From Heptranchias perlo (taxonomy: Eukaryota): 64,000 bases of DNA. Shown one piece after another: positions 36,191 to 49,139 of this stretch; positions within the stretch are counted from its first letter, which is position 1; each line of letters starts with the position of its first letter. The notes beneath the pieces are model-generated. The model was not told where the DNA came from. It did no database searches and worked only from the letters and a program-made list of their open reading frames with translations. The position numbers were made by a program, and so were the translations under genes. The stretch lies in assembly GCF_035084215.1 (NCBI RefSeq), contig NC_090365.1, positions 8,308,001 through 8,372,000 on the forward strand. Direction: 5' to 3'.

Positions 36191-39100
36191 GAACGCCAGA
36201 CAACCTCTGTGTTCCCTGGGGGGGTGGGGTGATGAGTGGGAGAGGCCGTCTCCCCGGGGGCGCGGTCTCCTTGGAGTGGGGTGGGGGGGGGGGAGGAGAG
36301 GGGAGTCCTGTCCCCAGGGGGGATGTGGGAGGGTCCGTTTCGAGAGTTTTGGTGGGGGGAGGGTTTTAATCCCCAGGGGGCACCATCTCCCCTCGGGAGG
36401 GGTGGGGAATCTATCTCCCTGGGGGGGGGTTGCTGAGCTCCACCTCCCCCGGGGGGGAGGGGGATGTCTCCGTGGTGGGGGGGGGGGGGAGGAGAGAGCG
36501 TCTGTTTCCCCATGGGGGGGAGGGGGGAGGCGTCTCCTGAGGGTGGGGGGAGGGGGGAAGAGAGATGTGTCTCCCCGGGGGGAGGAGTTGGGGTCGGGAG
36601 CGTCTGTCTCCCTGGGGGTGTGGGATGGGGCGTCTCCCTTGGGGGGTGGGGGGGGAGATCCTCTCCCTGCACGGATATTGAGCTTCTTTTGGCTGGGCTG
36701 CCTATATATTCCTAGACGCAACAAACGCCAGTTACTGTCTCCGTCCCAGATTACTAATCTGAGAGGAAGCACAAACTGATGGACATTTCTGCTGTGTGTT
36801 GACTTTCTGCTGACCACACCATGGGAATTTTTTTATATCTATTTATAAACACTGAAGTTGGGCAAATAAAATATGGAAAGTGTAATATCTCGTTCAGTTA
36901 TGATTGCTTCAGCAGAAGTACTTAAAGGGGAAGTTCGTACTGCCGCTTTGCCCCATTATATCTGAGTTATAAGATTGTTGTACTCTTACCCGTGTCTTTC
37001 AGTTGCCCCTCGTTGAACTGCTAGTTAGAGGCAGAGGGGAAGCAGGCTGGAGAACTTGCCTTTTCTAGTGTGAATTATGCAAAACCCATTGACGGATGGG
37101 TCAGTAACCAGAGAACATAGATTTAAGATAATTGGCAAAAGTACCAGAGGGGAGATGAGAAATTTTCTTATGCAGCAAGTTGTTATGATCTGGAATGCAC
37201 TGCCTGAAAGAGTGGATGGAAGCAGGTTCAGTACTAGCTTTCAAAAGGGAATTGGATAAATATTTAAAGAGAAAATATTTACAGGGCTATGGGGAAAGAG
37301 TGAGACTAATTAGATAGTTCTTTTCAAAGAGCCGGCACAGGCACGATGGGCCGAATGGCATCCTTCTGTGCTGTAAGATTCTACCAAATGGGGAGTGCTG
37401 CTCTCATCCCTTTGCTCCTCCCAATGCCATAGGGCACATTCTGCCCAAAGTGCCTGCTACCAGGCTCCCTGCAACGGCCAGTTCTAAAGTATAAAGCATT
37501 AACAAAGAACAGCAGAGACCAGTCACAGCACAGCTGTCCCTCTGTAATATAGCACTGGAAGCTGGCTTAGTAAGTAAGGGCTGCCCTAGCCTGATACTAA
37601 GCCAAACAAACCAGAAGGTGTCGGGTTTGTTCCCCAGTCTGTGCTCAGTTAACTGATTGGGACAGCAGTTGAGACATTACAACTGGTCCATTTTCTCTCC
37701 TCTGTAAAGCTCTGAGACATCTAGCAGACTGTATAAATGCAAGTTAATGTCACAAAATGTAAAATCAGCCACTCCGTTATATCCCTACAGACCCAATGCT
37801 AATCAGCGCACTACCGGATCTTTGTTTTGCAGGCATACTTTTTAAGGGGAAGGTAGATAAGCATATGCATCTATTTAAATGAGACAAATACATTATACAT
37901 TAAATAAACTGCTGGTTTTAACATGTATTTTAAAAAGAGCAGCTCCTTTGTAAAAAAAAAAACATTTTTTTCATAGGCTATTTCCATAGCCCCTGTTCCG
38001 ATAGTTTTCGAGACTTTGGTCAGTGTCCAAGTGGAGCCAATTGGTTTACATCGGTTTGGTTTCTGCATCTTGAAAATGAGGGTCAGGGTTGAGAGAGCAA
38101 AAATGAAGAAGGGATCGTGGAAATGAGGATAAGGATCGGCTGACAGAAAATTGAGGCGCAAAGTGAGGTATTAAGAGGGGGGGAAAAGGGGATGAGAGCC
38201 ATGGGACTGATGAGGAACGGAAATGGAGGTTAGAAGTATAGGCGTGACACGAGAACGTGGAGGTAAATTAAGCAATGACGGGGAAAGGGATGGTCCATGC
38301 TTAAGGGGTCCACACCCCACATTACAGAAGCAGGAGGTTGAGTGAGCCCTCCACTGTGCTGACATTGAGTGTCTGGCATCATACATGATGAAAGGGCACG
38401 TTGGTGAGTGAGGTACAGAGAAGTGCCCGGCTATCGCGGAGCGGTAACCCCGGGGAAGAGTCCACAACTTCCTGAAAAGTAGCATCATGAGGTCAGTCAG
38501 TCGAATATTCCCCTCCCCTCCCACTTGCTCCTTTAAACATGTACCTGGATTGGAATAGATTACCAACCTGACTGGGAGTCACTACATTTGCTCTATGTAC
38601 TTGCTTTAATTTTGTATTCCCTCCGCACCCCCACTTCCCTAGGATAGGGGTACAGTCCCATAGCGCCCCCTCCAGTACCTTTCCCAATTGGCCATTCTTC
38701 ACGTGTGATTCCTGGACAGTGTTCATCAGCAGGCTATTTGACCCCATGGAGGGATTCACAGCCACACCTGAACCTTCCAACTGATCAGGGCCAGTGAGGC
38801 CCTATAGCAGCAGCCAAGACCACGTGTACAGGAGGGAAACGCAGCCAGTTGCTAACTGCCACTCGTATACCACCAGCAGCTGGTTCACAGTGGCAGGTGG
38901 ACTCCCCGATGTAATGAGGTAGAATACTTTCAAGCCAAGGCCATAATCACCAAATGCCCACTGGCACTAATTGGGCCTCCAGTCAAGAAGGGAATACAGA
39001 TGTTACAGAGCTCCCTTTGCTCTGACAGGAACAAGAGAAACATTTATACTAATTATTACTAAAACCAGTCACTGAATCTTGTAAGTGGAGTAAATGACCA

Positions 39101-39864
39101 AAAGGCAGAACCAGCAATACACAAAGTGGATTTTCACACGGAGCTGAATGAGTTGCAGGGAGTGGGTGAGAGAGAATAAACCAGCCAGAACCTGTCACTG
39201 TTTTATTGCAACTCTTTGGTGTAAGTGGCTCTGAGCTGGATCGAAGGTGATGTGTGCACCATCCAGTGTTACACCAGCAGCAGTTTGACTGTCGAAATCC
39301 ACTAACTGGCACAATCTCCTTCAAACACAGCACCTTGTTGCCCTTTCCTCCTAAGTACAGGGCCTGGGTGAGACACATTCAATTGTAAACGTATAACCTC
39401 CGTGGGATGCAGCTGGTTAAGTCGATGGTAGTTTTAAACCTTTTTCACTCCAGAGACTTGAGCCCATCATGCAGACTGACACTCCCAGTGCAGTACTGAG
39501 GGAGTGCTGCAGTGTCAGAGGTGCCGTCTTTCAGATGAGACGTTAAACCGAGGGCCCGTCTGCCCTCTCAGGTGGATGTAAAAGATCCCATGGCACTATT
39601 TCAAAGAGCACGGGACTTCTCCCCGACGTCCTGAGCAATATTTATTCTTCAACCAACAAAAAAAAAAGTTGTTCGTTTATCTAATTGCAGTTTGTGGGTG
39701 TTTGCTGTGTGCAAATTGCCTGCTGCCTTTTTTACATTACAACAGTGAGTACAGTTCATTGCTTATGAAGTGCTTTGGGATATCTTGAGCTCCTGAAAGG
39801 TGCTATATAATTGCAAGTCCATTTGTGCAGTCAATACTAGCGGAAGCATCTGACTTTCGTTTCG

Positions 39865-42800
39865 TTACCGTGACAACGGTTGCAGAAGGATCACAGCCCC
39901 GCACAACCCCGATTCCACACCACCATCGGGTACGATGTAGTCTGTTCCGTCAGACTCTCTCTTTGGGCTAAACTCCGTCAGCTGCGAGTTGCTCTCGTGC
40001 ACTCGCTCGTACTCCCACAGCTGGTACTTCAGACTCTTCCCTTGCTTGGCCAGCAGGTGAGCCTCGACAACACAGCCCTCAGGGTAGCTGGCTCCGGGCA
40101 CCTCCGCGCGCAGCTGGAAGAGGCCGGGAATATCGGGATCTTCTTCATAGATGTCCTCTGGCAGTTCACACCTCAGTCCCAGCAGCACTCCTGCACAGCA
40201 ATCAGAAACAGAATCTAAGCTGCTAAATGGGCAGCAATCAGTGGGAACCAACCTCCTCCTGAGATTTAGGTCATTCTCCCGTTTGTGCATTTACATAAAT
40301 GTTTTGAGTGTCCATCATACTCAAAGAGTCAAAACTGTACAAAAAAAGGAGGTTCTTTTCTGACCTGGAGCCAGACATTTACAAACACTGCGCGACCTGT
40401 AAACTCACCAAACAGCAATTAAACAGATTAATCTCAGGGTTTATTTAGATCACCACTGCACAGGGAGTACCTGAGCATTGGTCTTAAAGCGACAGGCCAG
40501 GTTTGCAGTGAAATATTGTCACAGGTTATAGTAGTGTACTTTATATAATGCAGAGTGAGTTATAGAGGCGGGGGGGGGTCACTGTATATCGGAGTTACCT
40601 GGATTGGGGGGGGCAGCAATATATTGACAGTGACACAGCCTCTACGAACACAGATCCACTTGGTATTGACCTCTCACCTGACACCACTGCCCAGTGAGCT
40701 CTGTGTCCTTTCCGCAGGCAGGGCTCATGATTAAAATCTTCATCGTACCTTCCTGTCGTTAAGGACTTGCTAGTTTGATAAGTAAACCTGGTTGTTAGCA
40801 ATGTGCTCCCCCCAGCCCAGGGTTGCAGAGGCCAACAGGAGCAGGACCAACTGCTGCCTCAGCGAATCCAGCGTAGATCAGTGACTTAACCTTGGGCCTT
40901 GCGGCCTGTTTGACTCAGTACCACACTGAACCCTTGTGTGGAGCTGCCTTTCCCATTAAACCGTCAGGGAAGTTACAGATGTGGGACTGAGTCGTGCAGA
41001 CCATTTAGGTCCAAGGTTACATCCCCGGTCAGTGCTCTTTCAGCACAACTACCAGTGGGGATTCCTACAGTTGGCCTCAGTGCCCTGGGTTAGGAAGGGG
41101 AGAATCGTCCAGGGTTCTTACTCTTGATCACTGCCCCGTGACCCCTGGGTTAGAGAGAGGAGAAATCAGCCAGGGCTCCAGCTCCTCATCACTGCCCAGT
41201 GACCCCTGGGTTAGAGAGAGGAGAAATCAGCCAGGGCTCCAGCTCCTCATCACTGCCCAGAGACCCCTGGGTTAGAGAGAGGGGAAATCAGCCAGGGCTC
41301 CAGCTCCTCATCACTGCCCAGTGACCCCTGGGTTAGAGAGAGGGGAAATCAGCCAGGGCTCCAGCTCCTGATCACTGCCCAGTGACCCCTGCTGGAAAGT
41401 GTACAGCTGTTGACAATGGGGAGGGTCAGGCTCAGGCTCAGCCATAGCCATGGCACGCTCACTGTGAAGGAGGGTGCCAATACTCACTACATGTAGAATG
41501 GCCACTTGGGTGAGATACGGGAGGGCAGCCAGTGCCCGTGGTACTGTACCCAGCCTGACAGCTCCCTTGGAAGTGAAGGCCAGGAAATTTCACCAGATTC
41601 TGTGGTTCTGGAAGCCCTGTAAACCCGCGCCAGCATCTGAACAATCACAGCCTGTTGCTGGCCAATGGTTACTGATTTGCAGCCCAGACCTGTACAGGTA
41701 CTGGCTGCATTGAGTATCTGAACGTCAATGTAATTAATTGTTACAAGGATACGGTATCAATACAGGATAACCAGCCCACAGGTGATGCATTATTCTGGCT
41801 TTGTTACTTCCCATTAAGCCTTCATTAAGGAGTTCACCGCGACATTGAAAAACTTCCTCTGCCAGTTTCACCATATTAGCACCTGGAATCAGAAAAAAAA
41901 AGAAAGACTTGCATTTATATAGCCCCTTTCACGACCTCAGGACGTCCCAGAGTGGTTCACAGCCAATGTAGTACTTTGGAAGTATAGTCACTCTTGTAAT
42001 GTAGGAAACACGACAGCCAATTTGCGCACAGCAAGGTCCCACAAATAGCAATGTGATAAATGACCAGATAATCTGTTTTGAGTGATGTTGGTTGAGGGAT
42101 AAATATTGGCCAGGTCACTGAGGAGAACTCCCCTGCTCGTCTTCAAATAGTGCTGTGACAGGGCAGAATGGGGCCTCGGTTTACCTCCCTCAGTACTGCA
42201 TCGGGAGTGCCAACAATAACAACTTGCATTTATAAAGCACCTTTAATGCAGTAAAACGTCACAAGGCACTTCGCGGGAGCATTATCAAACAAAATTTGAC
42301 ACTGAGCCACGTAAGGAGATATTAGGACAGGTGACCAAAAGCTTAGTCAAAGAGGTAGGTTTTAAGGAGCGTCTTAAAAGAGGAGAGAGAGGCGGAAAGG
42401 TTTAGGGAGGGAATTCCAGAGCTTAGGGCCTTGGCAGCTGAAGGCACAGCCGCCAATGGTGGAGCGATTAAAATCGGGGATGAAGAGGCCAGAATTGGAG
42501 GACCGTAAAGATCTCAGAGGGTTATAGGGCTGAAAGAGGTTACAGAGATAGGGAGGGGAGAGGCCGTGGAGGGATTTGAAAACAAGGATGAAAATTTTAA
42601 AATCGAGGCGTTGCTGGACCGGGAGCCAATGTAGGTCAGCGAGCACAGGGTGAATGGGACTTGGTGCGAGTTAGGATACAGGCAGCAGAATTTTGGATCA
42701 GCTCAAGTTTACGGAGGATGGAAGATGGGAGGCTGGCCGGGAGTACATTGGAATGGTTGAGTCTGGAGGTAACAAAGGCATGGATGAGGGTTTCAGCAGC

Positions 42801-45800
42801 AGATGAGCTGAGGCAGGGGCGGAGACAGGCGATGTGATGGAAGTGGAAGCAGGCGGTCTTGTCGGCCTAGATTTTGTGCTCAAGTCTCTGGAATGGGACT
42901 TACATAGAATGTACAGCACAGAAACAAGCATTCGGCCCAACATGCCAGTGTTTATGCTCCAAACGAGCCGCCTCCCACCCCTCTTCATCTCCTCCTATCA
43001 GCACAATCCTCTAGTTACTGACTGATCAGTTTTCCCCAATTCACCTTATCAAAACCTCATCTAATTTAACAACCCTATCAGATTTCCCCATAAACCTTTC
43101 TTATCTAGTGAAGAGAATTCAGTTTCTCTAGTTTCTCGTCCAGACTTGAACCCACAACCTTCTGACTCAGAGGCAAGAGTGACACCAACTGACACAGAAA
43201 GAAAGACAGAAACAGATCATGATAAAGAGAAGTGAAACCGGATAAAAGGAACAGGGACCAACGAGAGGAGCGGTGTCAGGAGATAATTGACTGTTGTGTG
43301 TTGCACGATACCTGAGAACATCTCTCCCTGAACAGTGTAGCCTCTGGCCATCGCACAGTTCACGATTGCCTCCAGACCCATCACCTCGCACACATTCAGC
43401 AAATGTCCTGCCATCCACAGAGCAACCAGTCCACACCTGAAATACAAGATAACACGTGGAGCGGGAGCAGCAGAGAAACAGTCCACAGCAAACAGGGTGC
43501 AGCACACAGACGGGGTGTAGACCACAGATGGGGTGTGGCCCATAGACGGGGCGTGACCATAGACGTGGTGCAGCCCGCAGACGGGGCGAGGACCACAGAC
43601 GGGGCGAGGACCACAGACGGGGCGTAGTCCAGACAGGGCATTTACCCATTATGCCAATAGGGAAGCTCCTCATGTTGGAATTTTATCCAACAGGTGTGAG
43701 TGGGTGAGGATTTGGGAACTGTGTATTTTTGGATTAAATTTAGAAAGAAAGATCAGTCTTTATAGAGCATCTTATCGCAGCTCAAAACGCTCCACGTGCA
43801 ACAAATTACTTTGAAGGGCAGTCACTGTTCTGTCGGTGAACACAGCAGCGATTTTATGCACAGTGCAATCCCAAAAATAAGAATGAGATGAATGATCAGG
43901 CATTGGTTGAGGGATGAATATCGGCCAGGACACTGGGAAAACTCGCTGCTCTTCAAATAGTGACATGGGATCCTTGACAGCCACCTGAACAGGTGGACAG
44001 GTTAACTTCTCCTCTAAAGCGCAGTACTGCCCCTCCGACAGTGCAGCGCTCCCTCAGTATTGCCCCTCCGACAGTGCAGCGCTCCCTCAGTACTGCCCCT
44101 CTGACAGTGCAGCGCTCCCTCAGTACAGCCCCTCCGACAGTGCAGCGCTCCCTCAGTACTGCCCCCTCCTACAGTGCAGTGCTCCCTCAGTACTGACCCT
44201 CCGACAGTACAGCACTCCCTCGGTACTGACCCTCCGACAGTATAGCACTCCCTCAATATTTCATTGGGAGTGTCAGCCTAGATTATGTGCTCAAGTCTCT
44301 GGAGTGGGACTTGAGCCTACAACCTTCTGACTCCATGGTGCCAGTGATACTAACCGAGCCAAACTGACAGTTTACCTTGATATGGAAACACGATTGGATA
44401 CTCACTGAGGACCATCCTGGATCAGAGAAGGGACGTATTTATTAATAAGGAGCCACTTCAATTCTTTACTGAAGCTGTGAAAAAATCAAAGAAAATCAGG
44501 AAAATTCTCAGCCATTCATTCCCTGGAAGAACATCTGTCACTTTATAGCAGACTGGGTACTGACGTTAACCTGTAATAGCACATACAGGGGTGCACTGTT
44601 AACCTGTAATAGCACATACAGGGGAACACTGTTAACCTGTAATAGCACACACAGGGGAACACTGTTAACCTGTAATAGCACATACAGGGGAGCGCTGTTA
44701 ACCTGTAATAGCACACACAGGGGAGCGCTGTTAACCTGTAATAGCACACACAGGGGAACGCTGTTAACCTGTAATAGCACACACAGGGGAGCACTGTTAA
44801 CCTGTAATAGCACACACAGGGGAGCGCTGTTAACCTGTAATAGCACACACAGGGGAGCACTGTTAACCTGTAATAGCACATACAGGGGAGTGCTGTTAAC
44901 CTGTAATAGCACACACAGGGGAGCACTGTTAAACCTGTAATAGCACACACAGGGGAACACTGTTAACCTGTAATAGCACACACAGGGGAGCACTGTTAAC
45001 CTGTAATAGCACACACAGGGGAGCACTGTTAACCTGTAATATCACACACAGGGGAGCACTGTTAACCTGTAATAGCACACACAGGGGAGTGCTGTTAACC
45101 ATTAATAACACACACAGGGGAGTGCTGTTAACCTGTAATAGCACACACAGGGGAGCACTGTTAACCTGTAATATCACACACAGGGGAGCACTGTTAACCT
45201 GTAATAGCACACACAGGGGAGTGCTGTTAACCATTAATAGCACACACAGGGGAGTGCTGTTAACCTGTAATAGCACACACAGGGGAGCACTGTTAACCTG
45301 TAATATCACACACAGGGGAGCGCTGTTAACCTGTAATAGCACACACAGGGGAGCACTGTTAACCTGTAATAGCACATACAGGGGAACACTGTTAACCTGT
45401 AATATCACACACAGGGGAGCGCTGTTAACCTGTAATAGCACATACAGGGGAACACTGTTAACCTGTAATAGCACACACAGGGGAGCACTGTTAACCTGTA
45501 ATAGCACACACAGGGGAGCACTGTTAACCTGTAATAGCACACACAGGGGAACACTGTTAACCTGTAATAGCACACACAGGGGAGCACTGTTAACCTGTAA
45601 TAGCACACACAGGGGAACACTGTTAACCTGTAATATCACACACAGGGGAGCACTGTTAACCTGTAACAGCACACACAGGGGAGTGCTGTTAACCATTAAT
45701 AGCACACACAGGGGAGTGCTGTTAACCTGTAATATCACACACAGGGGAGCGCTGTTAACCTGTAATAGCACACACAGGGGAGCACTGTTACCCTGTAATA

Positions 45801-47382
45801 GCACATACAGGGGAACACTGCTAACCTGTAATATCACACACAGGGGAGCGCTGTTAACCTGTAATAGCACACACAGGGGAGCACTGTTAACCTGTAATAG
45901 CACATACAGGGGAACACTGTTAACCTGTAATAGCACACACAGGGGAGCACTGTTAACCTGTAATAGCACATACAGGGGAGTGCTGTTAACCTGTAATAGC
46001 ACACACAGGGGAGCACTGTTAAACCTGTAATAGCACACACAGGGGAACACTGTTAACCTGTAATAGCACACACAGGGGAGCACTGTTAACCTGTAATAGC
46101 ACACACAGGGGAGCACTGTTAACCTGTAATAGCACACACAGGGGAACACTGTTAACCTGTAATAGCACACACAGGGGAGCACTGTTAACCTGTAATAGCA
46201 CACACAGGGGAACACTGTTAACCTGTAATATCACACACAGGGGAGCACTGTTAACCTGTAACAGCACACACAGGGGAGCGCTGTTAACCTGTAATAACAC
46301 ACACAGGGGAGTGCTGTTAACCTGTAATAGCACACACAGGGGAGCGCTGTTAACCTGTAATAGCACACACAGGGGAGCGCTGTTAACCTGTAATAGCACA
46401 CACAGGAGAGCGCTGTTAACCTGTAATAGCACACACAGGGGAGCACTGTTAACCTGTAATAGCACACGCGGGGGAGTGCTGTTAACCTGTAATAGCACAC
46501 ACAGGAGAGCGCTGTTAACCTGTAATAGCACACACAGGGGAGCACTGTTAACCTGTAATAGCACACGCGGGGGAGTGCTGTTAACCTGTAATAGCACACA
46601 CAGGCACACAGGGGAGTGCTGTTAACCTGTAATAACACACACAGGGGAGTACTGTTAACTTGTAATAACACACACTGGGGAGTGCTGTTAACCTGTAATA
46701 GCACACACAGGGGAGCGCTGTTAACCTGTAATAACACAGGGGAGTGCTGTTAACCTGTAATAACACACAAAGGGAAACACTGTTAACCTGTAATAACACA
46801 CACAGGGAAGTACTGTTAACTTGTAATAACACAAATAGGAGAGCGGTATTAATCTGTAATGACACACACAGGCGAGTGGTATTAATTTGTCATTACACAC
46901 ACAACTCTACTGCGCTGCAGGGGAGGGGATTCTGAATGCAGACCGCATAGTCAGGAAAATGAAGGGGTTACACTGCGCTGCTCTTGTGCGCCTCCTCCTG
47001 GTCAGTGTCAGGGCTGACCCTGGGTGCGCTGTGCGCCAGAAAACTGCTAAAAACAAGCAGTGAGGAAACAGCACTCATCAAAAAAAAATGCGCTCACATT
47101 TTCTCGGATCATGTACCTGTCCGGCCTGTTCAGGAGCAGCCTCTTCACCTCCGCCTGCTCTCCAATCGCAGGCAACTGCCCTTCAGCAAGAAGCTGGTAC
47201 AACTTCTTTCTTGCAGGTAGAGAAGGAGGGGGCAGCAACGGAGGGGGGGGTGGAGGAGGAGGCGGGGGCAGCAACGGAGGGGACAGTCGTGAACATTCCG
47301 AACCGTTAGAAAACTCAGACTTGTCCTCGCTGGGATTTTCCTCCATTTCTTGTGCCATTTTGAAGTGCAGGACATTGGACAT
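39865..47382 (-). CDS. ACTMAP: Actin maturation protease (C19orf54/UPF0692), complement join(47117..47382,44406..44474,43312..43436,41753..41882,40678..40748,39865..40190), ~328 aa
   Basis: Poly-proline N-terminus, then VPSLIQDGPQ/CGLVALWMAG (catalytic Cys), GYTVQGEMFS, PYDEDFNHEPCLRKGHRAHWAV, KQGKSLKYQLW. Phases join (987 nt). Start could also be ATG 47358. Divergent from SNRPA as in human. Confidence 0.93.
40749..41752 (-). other. U12-type (minor spliceosome) GT-AG intron of ACTMAP
   Basis: 5' splice site GTATCCTT (complement 41745-41752), branch site TCCTTAAC (complement 40758-40765) 9 nt before the exon, no polypyrimidine tract. Confidence 0.93.
41126..41392. repeat. 61-bp tandem repeat (~4 units) inside the ACTMAP U12 intron
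   Basis: atcactgcccagtgacccctgggttagagagaggagaaatcagccagggctccagctcctc units. Confidence 0.9.
43755..44370 (-). mobile_element. Deu-domain SINE with internal 33-bp tandem expansion (44022-44255)
   Basis: SINE core segment cagtactgcccctccgacagtgcagcgctccct repeated ~7 times. Confidence 0.8.
44563..46860. repeat. 33-bp minisatellite in an ACTMAP intron, ~70 units
   Basis: ctgttaacctgtaatagcacacacaggggagca units, degenerating toward 46860. Confidence 0.95.
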
Positions 47383-48793
47383 AGTGGTAGCTGCTGTCCA
47401 TCAATTCACCATTAGACACCCTTTTTGCCTCGAGTTGGTAAATTTGACTGTCTGAACGTCCCCCGATTGCTCCTCTTCTCTCTGGTCAGTCTCTGCGACG
47501 ATCAGGTCGTTGAGGGTCCAGAAACACTGAGTTATGACACTGGCATCAGGAAAGAAAAGAGTAAACCAGTCTCGGTTATAATTCCAAAAACCATCCATGC
47601 ATCTTTAACGTATGCAAATTCCAACCCTTACTCCTGGTTACTGATGCAACATCATTACTGATGATTATGCAGAGATCCAATTATCAGGAAACAGTTTTCA
47701 CACCTTTGGGTAGGAGCTGGTGGTGTCCTGGCCAATATTTATTCCTCAACCAACATCACTAAAACATAATTATCTTGTCGTTATCTCATTGATGGTTGTG
47801 GGACCTTGCTGTGCGCAAATTGGCTGCCGCGTTTCCTACATTACAATAGTGACTATACTTCAAAAGTACTTCATTGGCTGTAAAGCGCTTTGGGACGTCC
47901 TGAGGTCATGAAAGGCGCTATATAAATGCAAGTTTCTACCTCTGGAAAGTACATGGCATTTCCCTGGAGTCTTGTTTAACTCCCAATGTCTGGAGGGTAA
48001 CAAGTTAATAAAGCAACGGGACGAGAATCGGTCAGACTCATCGCTGCCTTCAAACTGCTCGGATATATTCTCTATTTAAATGCTGTCTGCTGAATGGGAA
48101 GATAGGAGCAGGAGAAGGCCATTCAGCCCCTTGAGCCTGTTCCGCCATTCAATTAGATCGTGGCTGATCTGTGTCTTAATTCCATTTAACTGTGTGGTTC
48201 CATTTCCCTTGACCTCGCTAATCCTCTCCGCCTCTCTCTCCTCCTTTAAGACGCTCCTTAAAACCTCTTTGACCGAGCTTTTGGTCACCTGTCCTAATAT
48301 CTCCTTATGTGGCTCGGTATCAAATTTTGTTTGAAGATCGTTCCTGTGAAGCGCCTTGGGACGTTTTATTACATTAAAGGCGCTGTTGTTGTTGATAACC
48401 TTGCCTAACAAAAATCTATCGATCCAAATTTTCAATTGCCCCCCCTCCCCCAGCCTCAACAGCTTTTTGGGGGTGGGAAGAGAATTCCAGATTTCCACTA
48501 CCCTTCAGCAGCAATCTGATTGAGCACAGCAACCATAGGCACCTACCCAGAGTGCAGTAAGTTTTCTGCTTGGAGCAGCCAGTCGTTTCTAAAAGGAAAA
48601 GTAGAGAGTGAAAATGTTGTTTCTAAAGTAAGTTTATTTTCCCCATTTCCTTCAACGTGGACAGCTATTGACTGCTGAGGTTATCAATGAATTGTCATCC
48701 CGGGGCATTGGAACCCGGGCACCAACCCCGTGCCCCCCAGCCGAGTTTCGTACTTAGCACACGGTGAAAACAGAGCCCAGTCACGTCATGGAA

Positions 48794-49100
48794 TGTCAGC
48801 CGTGACTCAGTGGCTGGCACTCTTGCCTCTGAGTCAGAAGGTTGTGGGTTTGAGTCCCACTCCAGAGACTTGATCCAGGCCGACACTCCCAGTGCAGTAC
48901 TGAGGGAGTGCTGCACTGTCAGAGGTGCCGTCTTTCGGAGGAGAGGTTAAACCGAAGCTCCGTCTGCCCTCTCAGGTGGATGTAAAAGATCCCATGGCCG
49001 CTATTTATGGGCCAATATTTATCCCTCAACCAACATCACTAAAAAAAAACAGATGATCTGGTCATTATCACATTGCTGTTTGTGGGATCTTGCTGTGCTG
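48794..49100 (+). mobile_element. tRNA-derived Deu-domain SINE (SacSINE1-like)
   Basis: tRNA-like head (gactcagtgg...ggtttgagtccc), then core cagtgcagtactgagggagtgctgcactgtcagaggtgccgtcttt...aaagatcccatggc. Other copies at ~7419-7650(+), 25343-25752(+), 33380-33745(-), 39445-39820(+), 41905-42210(-), 47720-47935(+). Confidence 0.75.
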
Positions 49101-49139
49101 TGCTGGAACATTCAGTGATTGAAGGCAATCAAGCCCTGT

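Noticed and set aside
44538-46935. Cys/Leu-rich periodic ORFs
   Set aside because: 33-bp intronic minisatellite.
48794-48865. tRNA gene
   Set aside because: The tRNA-like A/B boxes are the head of a SINE continuing into the Deu core; no complete cloverleaf is evident.
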